Source: Armatimonadota bacterium
GTDB taxonomy: Bacteria; Armatimonadota; UBA10988
Reading direction: 5' to 3'
DNA: 64,000 nucleotides
NCBI GenBank assembly: GCA_016235455.1
Contig: JACRKZ010000026.1
Location: 1-64,000, forward strand
Shown: positions 1-9,552 of the stretch, piece by piece
How positions within the stretch are numbered: position 1 is the first letter of the stretch
Layout: each line of letters begins with the position of its first letter
Program-made: the position numbers and the translations under genes
Notes under the pieces: generated by a model
What the model was told of the DNA's origin: nothing
What the model saw: the letters and a program-made list of their open reading frames with translations, nothing else
Databases searched by the model: none

Positions 1-2168
1 TACTCGTAGTCCTCCAAGCCGTCACGCAGATTGGCCAGGCGGATGCTGCCGATCGGCCCGTCCGGCCCGGCATAGAGCAGGCGGCCATCGCCGTGGAGCC
101 AGTCATACTCGCCACCGGTGGTGATGCTCCAAGCCAACCTCTGCCCGGCGGTGGGATCGATGGGCTTGTCGTTGCCGGGGCGGTCCCAGATGTTCGCGCC
201 CCAGTAGAGCACGCCGTCCACCCGTTGGCCCCAGGCCTGCCACCAGAACACGCGCGCCTCGGCCAAGGGGTCGTCGGCCAGCCAGTTGGCATAGGGGTAG
301 CGCGGACCCAGGCAGACATAGACCCACACCTGCTGACCGGCCGCGCGGCAGCGGTCGGCCGCGGCCAGGTCGTACTTGGGCGTCAGCGGGCAGGCCCAGT
401 CGATGTTCAGGTCGGCCAGCACTTTGGGGTCCAGCGGCACGTAGGCGGTGGTCAGCGTCGGCAGGCCGTAGCGCTCCTTGACCAGCCCGAAGTACTCGCG
501 GATGATCGGGAAGAACTCCTCGCCGCGCTCATCGAAGGTGTAGACATAGGCGCCATCGGCCAGCCTGGCGGCCTTGAGCCGGGGCACATACTGGTCCAGA
601 CGCGCGGTCAACTGGGCCTTGAGTGCCGGCGTGTAGGCTTCCTTGTCGCTGTAGCAGCGCCAGGTGTTCGTGCCGCGCGGCTCCACCAGGTTGAGCACGT
701 TGAAGGCGTTGAGCTGCCCGCGCCATGACGCCAGATCGTCGAGTTCCGGCGGGTCGGTGCGGCTGATGTCGTCGGGATTGAGCCGATGAGCCAGCATGAA
801 GTCACCGTAGCGCCGCCGCACCGCGGCCGGCAGCGGACGCCCGTAGACCCGCTCCAGGAAGCCGTCCATCAGCGCGAAGGCGGTCTTGAGGCTGCTCTTG
901 GCCGGAATGGCGAACGGCTCGACCGTCACCGTCACCGGCGCGCCGGCCACCTCGCCCTGGGCGGTGCGCAGGACCACCCGGCCCGTGTAGCGCCCGGGCG
1001 CCTGGCCGGCGGGCGCATGGACCGTGAACCACAGCGCCTGTGTGAAGCTCGGCTCAAGGTCGAACCGCGCCACGGGCAGCAGCGCGTCGGGCCACCAGCC
1101 CGCCACCGCCTCGGGGTAGGCCGGATGCCGGAATAGCCGCTCCAGCCAGACATAGCCCACCTGCTGCCAGTCGGGCGCCGGCAGCCGCGCGCCACCGGGA
1201 CCAACCAGCTCCGACACCTGCACCGTCACTCCCGCCAACCCATGGCCCGGCGCGGCGCGCAGCAGCACCTGCCAGCTCTCTGCCTCGCCGCCGGCCAACG
1301 ATACGTCCACGGGCCTGAGTGGTCCGGGCGACACCTGCGAGGGCAGCACGCGATCCATGCTGTCCGCGGTCCACACCTGCACCGGCCGCGCAGCACCGGC
1401 TGTCGGTAGCGCCACCGAACGCCGTTCGGAAGCCGACTCGCGTTCAGCCGGGTCCCACGTGCGCAGGATCAGCTCCGCCTGGGCCGGATCGGTCGCGGCG
1501 CCCAGCCAGTCGAGCTGCGCCGGGCCACGCTCGCCGCGCGCTTCGGCCAGCAGCCGGCCGTCGGCCTCCAACCGCGCCGTCCACGGGCCCGGCCGGGTGG
1601 CGGTGGCGACGGCCGACAAGCTGCGCGCGCCATAGGCGCCCGGCCGCACCTCGACCCGGCTCCACTCCAGCGGCGCCACGCAGACCTCGAGGTCATCGAA
1701 CCAGACCTTGCCCTGGGCTTGGCGGAACAGCACGAACACCTCGATGCTGGCGATCGGCTTGGCGGGTTTGAACTCGAACTCAGCACGCTGCCAGTCGTGC
1801 GTGCCGGGCTGGAAGGCGGCAAGCTGCCCCCACAGCGGCGTGCCGTCGGCATAGTGCACATCGCAGTAGAGGCTGAAGTCCTGCCGCACCACGGCGCGCT
1901 CCGCCTTGGCCCAGCCGCGCAGGCGAATGGGCCGCTGCACGGGCGGGTCGAAGGTGATGACCTGCTTGGCGCCGGCCACGCCCTCGGTGGGCAGAGCACA
2001 GCGCAGGCTGCGTCGGCCGCTATGGGCGACCGTGTCGTCGATGGTCAAGGGTTGGCCGTAGTCCGACCAGCCGGCATCGGTTTCGAAGCCGGCGTTGGCC
2101 AGCAGGTTGGCGCCGGGCTCGGCCGGCGCGAGCAGGGACAGGCAGGTCAACCACAGCGCAGTGATCAT
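1..2168 (-). CDS. Secreted DUF4091-domain (GH123-like) putative glycoside hydrolase with an N-terminal carbohydrate-binding-like module; runs off the window edge (3' truncated)
   Basis: Not in the ORF track because it has no stop in the window; translated by hand. Starts MITALWLTCLSLLAPAEPGANLLANAGFE at ATG 2168 (ATGA overlap with the sulfatase stop). The same frame at the window edge reads GDGRLLYAGPDGPIGSIRLANLRDGLEDYE, the typical DUF4091 C-terminal motif. Confidence 0.8.
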   Translation of the reverse strand, partial: MITALWLTCLSLLAPAEPGANLLANAGFETDAGWSDYGQPLTIDDTVAHSGRRSLRCALPTEGVAGAKQVITFDPPVQRPIRLRGWAKAERAVVRQDFSLYCDVHYADGTPLWGQLAAFQPGTHDWQRAEFEFKPAKPIASIEVFVLFRQAQGKVWFDDLEVCVAPLEWSRVEVRPGAYGARSLSAVATATRPGPWTARLEADGRLLAEARGERGPAQLDWLGAATDPAQAELILRTWDPAERESASERRSVALPTAGAARPVQVWTADSMDRVLPSQVSPGPLRPVDVSLAGGEAESWQVLLRAAPGHGLAGVTVQVSELVGPGGARLPAPDWQQVGYVWLERLFRHPAYPEAVAGWWPDALLPVARFDLEPSFTQALWFTVHAPAGQAPGRYTGRVVLRTAQGEVAGAPVTVTVEPFAIPAKSSLKTAFALMDGFLERVYGRPLPAAVRRRYGDFMLAHRLNPDDISRTDPPELDDLASWRGQLNAFNVLNLVEPRGTNTWRCYSDKEAYTPALKAQLTARLDQYVPRLKAARLADGAYVYTFDERGEEFFPIIREYFGLVKERYGLPTLTTAYVPLDPKVLADLNIDWACPLTPKYDLAAADRCRAAGQQVWVYVCLGPRYPYANWLADDPLAEARVFWWQAWGQRVDGVLYWGANIWDRPGNDKPIDPTAGQRLAWSITTGGEYDWLHGDGRLLYAGPDGPIGSIRLANLRDGLEDYE

Positions 2169-3574
2169 TCCAGTAACCTCGGCGCGCGCGGATGCAGTTC
2201 CTGCTCGCGCTTGTTCCACAGCTCACACAAGCCCAGCCGCCGCACGATCCGCTCGCCCGGCTCGAACATGTCGCCGGTATGGCCCATGAAGCCGGCCAGC
2301 TCCGACTCCAGGGCCGCCTGGAGCAACTCGGTGCCCGGCTGGCCGACAAGGTTGTGGCATTGGTCGGGGTCGGCCAGGTTGTCATACAGCAGCCACGGCG
2401 CGGTGCGGGTGCGGATGTAGGTGTGGCGCTTGGTGCGTACGCCGCGCCATTCGGGGATGGCCATGTCGTAGCTCTGGTCGCATGAGACCGGCTCCAGCAG
2501 GAAGGCGGACTCCGGGCCGACGCGGTCGTGGCCGCAAAGTGCCGCGGAGCAGTTGGTGCCCTCCATGCCGGCTGGCACGTCGATGCCCAACAGCGGCAGC
2601 AGGCTCGGCGTGAGGTCGGCGATGGACAGACAGCCGTCGTGCTCCGCGCCGGCGGGCACCTGGCCGGGCCAGCGAATGACGAACGGGATGCGCACGGCTT
2701 CGTCCCACGGCTGCTGCTTGAACATGCGGCCGTGGTTCCAGAGCATATCGCCGTGGTCGGAGGTGTAGACGACGATGGTCCGGCTCGCCTGGCCGGTGCG
2801 GTCGAGTGCCAGGAGCAGGCGCGAGAGCTGGTCGTCCAGCGCGGTGATCGCCGCCAGGTACTGCCGGTAGCTGCTCTCGGGATCCCACGGCAGGTTCATC
2901 GACCGCAGGCGACCGCCCGGCGGGTGCAGACTGGGGTCATCGCACAGCCAGGTGGCCGGGTACGGCAGGTCGGGCGCGTCGTACATGCGCTGGTAGTGTG
3001 ACGGCACCTGCGGGTACGGGTCGTGCGGCGGGCCCCACGACACGAACAGGCTCCAGGGCTGGTCGCCGTCGGCTTCAATGAACTCCTCGGCGATGTCGGT
3101 CTGGTAGGCCGGCTCGTAGCCAGGGATCGGCTGAAGATCGGGCGTATCGCCGTAGTAGGCCGAGTGCAGGTAGTTGTGGATGCAATTGTGCACCGCCCAA
3201 GTGTCAAAGCCGTGTCGGCGCGGGCCCGGCGGGGTGAACCCATCGCGCGGCGAGCCGTCGAGGTGCCACTTGCCCACGTAGCCGGTGCGGTAGCCGGCGT
3301 CGGCCAGCAGGCGGCCGATGGTCACGGAATCCTCGGGCAGCGGCAGGTCGTTGGCCACCACGCGGTTGGCCAGCGGATACTGGCCGGTCAGCAACATGGC
3401 GCGCGAGGGCGTGCAGACAGGGCAGTTGGCGACCATGTTGCCGAAGCGCTGGCCCTCGGCACAGAGCCGCTGGTAGGCGGGTGTGATCAGTGGGCTCAGC
3501 GGATCGTCGATCTCGCGAGCGCGCAACTGGTCGGCGAAGACGAACAGCAGATTCGGTCGGGTGTTCGGCATCAT
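2165..3574 (-). CDS. Sulfatase (formylglycine-dependent, S1 type)
   Basis: PNLLFVFADQ, CTPSRAMLLTG (CxPxR), GYVGKWHL, SWGPPHDP and YTSDHGD motifs. No signal peptide. Confidence 0.93.
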   Translation of the reverse strand: MMPNTRPNLLFVFADQLRAREIDDPLSPLITPAYQRLCAEGQRFGNMVANCPVCTPSRAMLLTGQYPLANRVVANDLPLPEDSVTIGRLLADAGYRTGYVGKWHLDGSPRDGFTPPGPRRHGFDTWAVHNCIHNYLHSAYYGDTPDLQPIPGYEPAYQTDIAEEFIEADGDQPWSLFVSWGPPHDPYPQVPSHYQRMYDAPDLPYPATWLCDDPSLHPPGGRLRSMNLPWDPESSYRQYLAAITALDDQLSRLLLALDRTGQASRTIVVYTSDHGDMLWNHGRMFKQQPWDEAVRIPFVIRWPGQVPAGAEHDGCLSIADLTPSLLPLLGIDVPAGMEGTNCSAALCGHDRVGPESAFLLEPVSCDQSYDMAIPEWRGVRTKRHTYIRTRTAPWLLYDNLADPDQCHNLVGQPGTELLQAALESELAGFMGHTGDMFEPGERIVRRLGLCELWNKREQELHPRAPRLLE

Positions 3575-3637
3575 GGCGCGCAATTGGACGGCGACGAGGG
3601 ATCACCTGCCGGCCGTCGAACGGCCTTTCGGGAGAGC

Positions 3638-5482
3638 ATGATGGGTCATCTGACGTGTCGGCGGCGGGCCGTGCCACCGATCTGGGCGTTGTTGCAGCGG
3701 CAGCTCATCGAGGCCATGGACGCCGCCGCGCCGGCCTTCGTCGAGCGCTATACGCGGCCCGACGGCAGCCTGGTGTGGCGCGACGAATGGCCGGGCATGG
3801 ACGGCAGCGACGACGGCTACGAGAGCTTCGGCAACTTCCCGCTGTACTACGCGCTGGGCGGCAGCGAGGCCGTGCATGAGCTGAGCCGGCGCCAATGGGA
3901 GGCCGTCACGCGCCAGTTCACCGAGTATGGCCAGGTCTACCGCGAGTTCGACGCCTACTACGACTGGATGCACCACGGCGAGAGCTACACCTACCTGTAC
4001 GGCTTCGGTCTGGCCGACCCCAGTCGCGCGCGCGACCGGCGGCGCGCGGTGCGCTTCGCCGACATGTACACCGGCGCCGACCCCGAGGCGGACAACTGGG
4101 ACGCCGAGCACCGTCGCCTGCGCAGCCCCATCACCGGCAGCCGCGGCCCGCGGTATGTCAACACCGCCGAGGACTGGTGCACCCATCGTGCCGTGCTCGA
4201 CGACTACCTGCCGCCCTATGAGGACATCCCCGGCGTGCCTGGGCCCAAATGCCAGTGGACCGACGACACGATCTTCGCCGAGGTGTTGGCCCGCCTTAAC
4301 GAGCGCATGATGCGCGCCGATGTGCCGCTCAACCTGACGGCGACCAGCCTGATCACCCATGCCTACATGCTCACCGGCGACGAGCGCTACCGTAACTGGG
4401 TGCTCGACTACACGAGCGCCTGGATGGAGCGGGCCCAGGCCAACGGCGGCTTCCTGCCCGACAATGTTGGCCCGAATGGCATCATCGGCGAGACCATGGA
4501 CGGCAAGTGGTGGGGCGGCTACTACGGCTGGCGCTGGCCGCACGGCATGATGACCATCGTCGAGCCCGCCTTCATCGCCGCGGCCAACTGCCTGCTGCTG
4601 ACCGGCGACGACACCTGGCTCGACCTGCCGCGATCGCAACTGGATCTCCTGGTCGGCCTGGGCCAGCGGCGCGACGGCGCCATGTGGGTGCCGCATCGCC
4701 ATGGCGACAGCGGCTGGTACGACTACCGCCGGCTGACCGCGCGGTTCCACCTGCATCTGTGGTACCTGAGCCAGAAGGACTCCGACTGGCAGCGCCTGCT
4801 CGACCTGGGCTCGCGCGAGGACTGGGACCGCGTTGAGCCGGGCCGCGACAAGGGCGACCAACTGCACGCGGAGCCGTGGGTGCGCTACCTTGAAGGCGCC
4901 CTGCCCGACTACCCCGAGACCATGCTGCGCAATGGCTACGAGGTGATGCTCTCGCGCCTCGACGCCATCGCCCACGACGACGGCGAGCCGTATGACTGGG
5001 ATGTGCACCACTGGCAGGACAAGAACCCCGTGGTCACCGAGCCGCTGGTGCAATTGACCTGTGGCGGGCCGCAGATCATCTACCACGGCGGGCTGCTGCA
5101 CGTCCGGCTGCGCTACCTCGACCCGATCCAGCGGCGGCCGGGCCTACCGCCGGGCGTGGCGGCGCTGGTGGAGAACGTGCGGGCCGATGGTGCCACAGTG
5201 ACTCTGCACAACACCGATGCGCTGGCCAGCCGGCAGGTGGTCGTGCAGGCCGGCGCCTTCGCCGAACACGGCTTGACCAGCGTCAGCCTCGACGGCGGCG
5301 CGCCGCAGCCGCTCGACGGTCCGTGGCTGACCGTCGACCTGGCGCCGGCCAGTGAGGCGCGGCTGGAGTTGGGCATGACACGCTACTGCCGCCGCCCGAG
5401 CTACGCGCGGCCCTGGGAGAACCTGGAAAGAAACCGCGCTCGCCCAGGTTCTCTCCTCGCAAAGGGGAGCGACGATGGGTGA
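3638..5482 (+). CDS. Conserved hypothetical protein, Trp/Asp-rich, possibly an alpha/alpha-barrel carbohydrate-active enzyme
   Basis: GGAGAG RBS before ATG 3638; strong coding-style codon use; motifs GMDGSDDGYESF, YYDWMHHGE, KWWGGYYGWRWPHG. The fold is an inference. Confidence 0.75.
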   Translation: MMGHLTCRRRAVPPIWALLQRQLIEAMDAAAPAFVERYTRPDGSLVWRDEWPGMDGSDDGYESFGNFPLYYALGGSEAVHELSRRQWEAVTRQFTEYGQVYREFDAYYDWMHHGESYTYLYGFGLADPSRARDRRRAVRFADMYTGADPEADNWDAEHRRLRSPITGSRGPRYVNTAEDWCTHRAVLDDYLPPYEDIPGVPGPKCQWTDDTIFAEVLARLNERMMRADVPLNLTATSLITHAYMLTGDERYRNWVLDYTSAWMERAQANGGFLPDNVGPNGIIGETMDGKWWGGYYGWRWPHGMMTIVEPAFIAAANCLLLTGDDTWLDLPRSQLDLLVGLGQRRDGAMWVPHRHGDSGWYDYRRLTARFHLHLWYLSQKDSDWQRLLDLGSREDWDRVEPGRDKGDQLHAEPWVRYLEGALPDYPETMLRNGYEVMLSRLDAIAHDDGEPYDWDVHHWQDKNPVVTEPLVQLTCGGPQIIYHGGLLHVRLRYLDPIQRRPGLPPGVAALVENVRADGATVTLHNTDALASRQVVVQAGAFAEHGLTSVSLDGGAPQPLDGPWLTVDLAPASEARLELGMTRYCRRPSYARPWENLERNRARPGSLLAKGSDDG

Positions 5483-6494
5483 GAACGAAGCCTACCAGCG
5501 GCAAGAGCGCTTCTGCCGCAATCTGCTGGAGATGCTGGCCTGCCTGCACCAGCAGGGCTACCAACGACTGCGCGCGCTGCCGCACATGTCGGGTTCGGGC
5601 ATGTACTGGCGATTCGTGGTGGAAGCGCCGGGCACGCGCCTGGAGCCGGCGCGCTACTCCACCGGCGACGACCTGAGCTGCTTTGGCTGGACAGATGTGG
5701 CCGGCGATGGTCCCGTAGCGCTGGCCCGCAAGTTCGTACTGCGCTGCCCGGAGTTGGCCGCCGCCGGCTATGGCCCCGACCCGGCCTATGCCGCCTGGTA
5801 TGACGCGGTGCTGCGCAGCACCGAGCCGGGCGTGTTCATCGTGGGCCATGACGGCGAGATGCCGGCCAATGGACTGCTGGGCATCGTCAACCACGGGTGG
5901 ACGGAGCTGCCGCTGCCGGCCGCGCCACCGCTGCCGCGCGGCGAGGCCCTGTCGCTGCCCGTGCCCTGGCCGCGGAGCTACTGGGTGGAGCCGGGCCGCC
6001 TGTTGGCTGGCTGCTTCCCCGGCGACAAAGATCCGCTGGTGTTGTGCGGCAAGATGGAGGGCCTGCTCGACGCCGGCATCACCTGCATCATCAACCTGAT
6101 GCGCGCCGACGAGGTGGGCCACGACGGCAAGGCGTTCACGCCCTACGCCAGGGAGTTCCGCGAGCGCGCCGCCAAGCGCGGGCTGGTCGGCCGCTGGTTG
6201 CGGCTGCCCATCCGCGATGTGAGCGTGCCCACGCGCGAGCACATGGCTGGCATCCTCGACGCGGTTGACCTGGCCCATGACGCCCACCGCGGCGTGCTGG
6301 TGCACTGCTGGGGCGGCCGTGGCCGCACCGGCACGGTGGTCGGGTGCTGGCTGGCGCGACACGGCCACGTCACCGGCCAGGACGCCCTCGACCGCATTGA
6401 GTGGCTGCGCCGCACCGACCCCACCGCCGGCAAGCCATCGCCCGAGACCCACGAGCAGCGCGAGTTCGTGCGTCGGTGGGGTGTGGGGTACTGA
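5475..6494 (+). CDS. Dual-specificity/protein-tyrosine phosphatase family protein with an unknown ~150-aa N-terminal domain
   Basis: P-loop VHCWGGRGRTG (CX5R), LPIRD general-acid loop, PETHEQ Q-loop; GGGGAG RBS. Confidence 0.85.
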   Translation: MGENEAYQRQERFCRNLLEMLACLHQQGYQRLRALPHMSGSGMYWRFVVEAPGTRLEPARYSTGDDLSCFGWTDVAGDGPVALARKFVLRCPELAAAGYGPDPAYAAWYDAVLRSTEPGVFIVGHDGEMPANGLLGIVNHGWTELPLPAAPPLPRGEALSLPVPWPRSYWVEPGRLLAGCFPGDKDPLVLCGKMEGLLDAGITCIINLMRADEVGHDGKAFTPYAREFRERAAKRGLVGRWLRLPIRDVSVPTREHMAGILDAVDLAHDAHRGVLVHCWGGRGRTGTVVGCWLARHGHVTGQDALDRIEWLRRTDPTAGKPSPETHEQREFVRRWGVGY

Positions 6495-6499
6495 CTCAA

Positions 6500-6565
6500 C
6501 ACGAGAGGACACAGAACACACAGAGAATCCAGCATGAATCCCTGTGTTCTCTGTGTCCTCTCGTG
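6500..6565. repeat. Long palindrome (REP-like element or bidirectional terminator) between convergent genes
   Basis: Perfect 16-bp arms CACGAGAGGACACAGA (6500-6515) and TCTGTGTCCTCTCGTG (6550-6565), plus an inner 6-bp stem (6518-6523 / 6542-6547). Confidence 0.75.
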
Positions 6566-6572
6566 GTCGAAC

Positions 6573-7640
6573 CTAGCGGTACCGCCCGTCCCGATGCGCG
6601 GTCTCATACATGGCCACGACGTTCTCCGTGGGCGAGTCGTCCTGGAGCGAGTGCGTCGGCGCGAAGCAGTAGCCACCGCCGGGCATCATGATGTCCAGCG
6701 TCTCACGGCAGCAGGCCACCGTCTCCTCGACCGTGCCCTTGGCCACGGGGCCGGCAGTGCTGATACAGCCGTGGAAGGCCAGTTTGCTGCCGTAGCGCTG
6801 CTTGAGGTAGGCCGGCCCCATGTTGACCGCTTCGGGCTGCAGCGTGTCGACGGCGTTCACACCCATCTCGGCGTAGTCGTCGTAGGACCAACTGCTCGAT
6901 CCGCAGGTGTGGATCATCACCGGCAGGTCGAAGTCCTTGGCCAGGTCGACAAAGCGCTGGTGGCGCGGACGGATGACGCGTCGGAACAGGTCAAGGCTGA
7001 TGATGGGCGCGATCTGCGTGCCCAGATCCTCGCCGATCCACATGAAGTCGATGCCACCATCGGCCGCTTCGAGCGTGCGCGCGGTCACTTCGTACTGGAT
7101 GTCCAACATGCGGTCGATCATCAGCAGGCCGGCGGGATCCGCGGTGACCAGGTCGATGAGCGTCTGCTCCATGCCGCGCAGGAAGCCGGCCGTGTTGATG
7201 ATGCAGGCCAGCCCGGCGTTGCCCACGAAGACGGCATACTCGGCTTGCGCGCGACAGGCCTCGGCGATGCCGCTGTAGTCATGGTCGTCGGGTGACGGCA
7301 TGGGCCAAGCGGCCACGGTGGCCTCGTCGGCCTCGCGCAGGGGGAAGTCGCAGTAGTCCCAGTAGCCGCCTGTGGGATGCTCCACCCAGCGGCGGTGGAT
7401 GCCCCACAGGTCGATGTGGCGGCCCGGGACGTCCTCGTGCAGCTTGGGGCCGGTATAGGGCGCGCCCACGCCGCGGAAATCGACGCCCAGCCGCTGGTTC
7501 AGGCCCTCGTGGTCGTGCGGCTGCAGGCCGAAGTGCGTCTTCAGCCGAGCGTCGATGCCGGGGTTGGCGAAGTAGTTGATGGGCACGCGGTCGGGCGTCA
7601 TCCGGGCCAAGGCGGTCAGCACGCGTTCCTTCGACGTCAT
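6573..7640 (-). CDS. Uroporphyrinogen decarboxylase family (UroD/MtaA-CmuA-like) protein
   Basis: MTSKERVLTAL..PDRVP N-terminus, LRGMEQ, GEDLGTQ, IHTCGS, FHGCIST, GGGYCFAPTH. Confidence 0.88.
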   Translation of the reverse strand: MTSKERVLTALARMTPDRVPINYFANPGIDARLKTHFGLQPHDHEGLNQRLGVDFRGVGAPYTGPKLHEDVPGRHIDLWGIHRRWVEHPTGGYWDYCDFPLREADEATVAAWPMPSPDDHDYSGIAEACRAQAEYAVFVGNAGLACIINTAGFLRGMEQTLIDLVTADPAGLLMIDRMLDIQYEVTARTLEAADGGIDFMWIGEDLGTQIAPIISLDLFRRVIRPRHQRFVDLAKDFDLPVMIHTCGSSSWSYDDYAEMGVNAVDTLQPEAVNMGPAYLKQRYGSKLAFHGCISTAGPVAKGTVEETVACCRETLDIMMPGGGYCFAPTHSLQDDSPTENVVAMYETAHRDGRYR

Positions 7641-7659
7641 GGCGGGCTCCCTGCGGCGA

Positions 7660-9504
7660 TCACGGTCGCTTCAGGGCGCCAGTGTACGTGTCCACGCCAC
7701 CGGAGTCGAGCAGGAATCCCAGCGTTGGCCAGGCCCGGCGCAGGCTGGTCGCGAGCAGCGCGGCGGTAGGCACCGTCTGCCCGCGACCCAGGGCCGGACC
7801 GCCGTCGGCGCGGTACTCGTCATCGCCGCCGCCATCCCAGCAGAAGGCCAGGCCGTTGGCCGTCGCTCCGCCGAGACCGACGCCTCGGAGCACATAGGTG
7901 TCGCGCCCGGCGCGGTCGATGAGCCAGCCCAGACCGAAGTCGATAGCGCCACCCAGTCCGCCCGTCTCGGCCACCGACCAGAAGTCGTCGCCGTCGCCAT
8001 CCCAGGCAATGCCCATACCCGCCTGCTGCCCAAAGCCCTGGCCTTGGGCCGCGCACTCGTGGCGATCGGCGCCGCCCAGGTCGGTCAGCAGGCCGATGCC
8101 GAAGCCGTAGCCCACGCCTTGGGCCAGGCGGCCCGCGACGAAACGGTCGTCGCCCGACCCACTGACCAGCCAGCCCAGCCCGCCCGCGAGCGAGTGCCCG
8201 TCGGTGCCGTCTGAGCGCCGGCCGAACCCGCAGCCTTGCGCCAGGCAGGCGCCGTCCACCTCGTCCGGCCCGCCACTGGCGGCGAAGCTGTTGGCGCTGC
8301 CGCCGGCGTCGAGCAGCAGGCCGGCGCCCAGCGCATAGCCGTAGCCTTGCGCGCGCGAGGTGGCGCGGTACTCGTCGCTGCCGTCGGCATCGATGAGCAG
8401 GCCCAGCCCCAGCGCGCCGGCGCCCTGGCAGTGCACCTCGCCCACGTAGCGGTCGTCGCCGGCCACATCGTAGAGCAGGCCCACACCGCCGATGCCGCAG
8501 CCTTGGGCCAGGCTGCGCGCGGTGTAGGTGTCGTTGCCAGCCAGGTCAATCTGCATCGCCACGCCGCCCACCGCCGCGCCGAGGCCACTGTCGGCGGCGT
8601 AGGTGTCGTTGCCAGCCACGTCGATGACCACCGAGAACGGATGCCGGTCGTCGGTGGCACGCGCTCCGCCCTGGTAGCGGTCGTCGCCGCCCAGGTCGAT
8701 GAGCAGCAACGGCGGCTCGCCGCCGTGGGCGTCCGCGCCGTCGCCGGCCAGCACCACCTCGCCCAGCGGCGTGGTCCAACGGCGCGTGGTCCAGCCGGGC
8801 ACGGGCTTCATGTCGGCGCGCACGGCATCGAACACCAGGGCCAGGTCATCGGCCGCGGCGGCCAGGGCCTTCACGTCGAACCCGGCCATCAGGCGGTCAA
8901 GCCGGCGCTGATGCTGGAACGACTCTGGCCCGGCCGGCAGCCCGCCCGGCAGCGCCATGCGCCGCAGGTCGTCCAGGCTGCGCGCCAGCCCGCCGGCGGG
9001 CGCCTCCTCGAAGGCGCGCGCGCGCCACTCCAGCCCGCCCTCAACGGCCAGCAGCAGCAGGCCCATGGCGCGACCGAGCGCCGGTGGCACATCGTCGACA
9101 GCGGGATCGCCGGCCGGCGCGAGCACACCACCGCCGGCCCGCCGCACCGCGGCCAGGCCGGCGGACAGCGGCCGGTCGCCCAAGCGAGCCGCCATCTTGG
9201 CCAGCAGGTCGCGCCGTAGCGAACGATTGACGCCCAGGCCCGAGCGCTGGCCCAGCCGCTCCAGCGTGGGCGCCAGCCGGCCAGCGTCGGCGGCGCAGGC
9301 GAGCGCCCCGGTCTCGGCCAGCGTCGGCGCGAGCAGCGGGTCGTCGGCCAGTGCGTCCCACAGCGGCCGCCGCCAGCGGGCCTCGTGGAACTGCGCGGCA
9401 GCCACGGCATCGAGCCGCACCGGTGTCGGCAGCAGCGGGCGCCAGGCCTCGACCACGGCCGGCTCGGCGCAGAGGGCGTAGACCATCAGCAGCGCAACGC
9501 TCAC
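7660..9504 (-). CDS. Secreted Gly/Asp-rich repeat protein (GxGxLxDxxGxDxY repeats)
   Basis: AGGAG RBS then GTG; short hydrophobic N-terminus; about ten repeats such as LIDLGGDDRY, IDVAGNDTY, LYDVAGDDRY, LIDADGSDEY. Confidence 0.8.
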   Translation of the reverse strand: MSVALLMVYALCAEPAVVEAWRPLLPTPVRLDAVAAAQFHEARWRRPLWDALADDPLLAPTLAETGALACAADAGRLAPTLERLGQRSGLGVNRSLRRDLLAKMAARLGDRPLSAGLAAVRRAGGGVLAPAGDPAVDDVPPALGRAMGLLLLAVEGGLEWRARAFEEAPAGGLARSLDDLRRMALPGGLPAGPESFQHQRRLDRLMAGFDVKALAAAADDLALVFDAVRADMKPVPGWTTRRWTTPLGEVVLAGDGADAHGGEPPLLLIDLGGDDRYQGGARATDDRHPFSVVIDVAGNDTYAADSGLGAAVGGVAMQIDLAGNDTYTARSLAQGCGIGGVGLLYDVAGDDRYVGEVHCQGAGALGLGLLIDADGSDEYRATSRAQGYGYALGAGLLLDAGGSANSFAASGGPDEVDGACLAQGCGFGRRSDGTDGHSLAGGLGWLVSGSGDDRFVAGRLAQGVGYGFGIGLLTDLGGADRHECAAQGQGFGQQAGMGIAWDGDGDDFWSVAETGGLGGAIDFGLGWLIDRAGRDTYVLRGVGLGGATANGLAFCWDGGGDDEYRADGGPALGRGQTVPTAALLATSLRRAWPTLGFLLDSGGVDTYTGALKRP

Positions 9505-9552
9505 GGCGGGCTCCTGGTGGTAGTAGGCGCTTGCGAGGCCCGCGTTGTCAAC

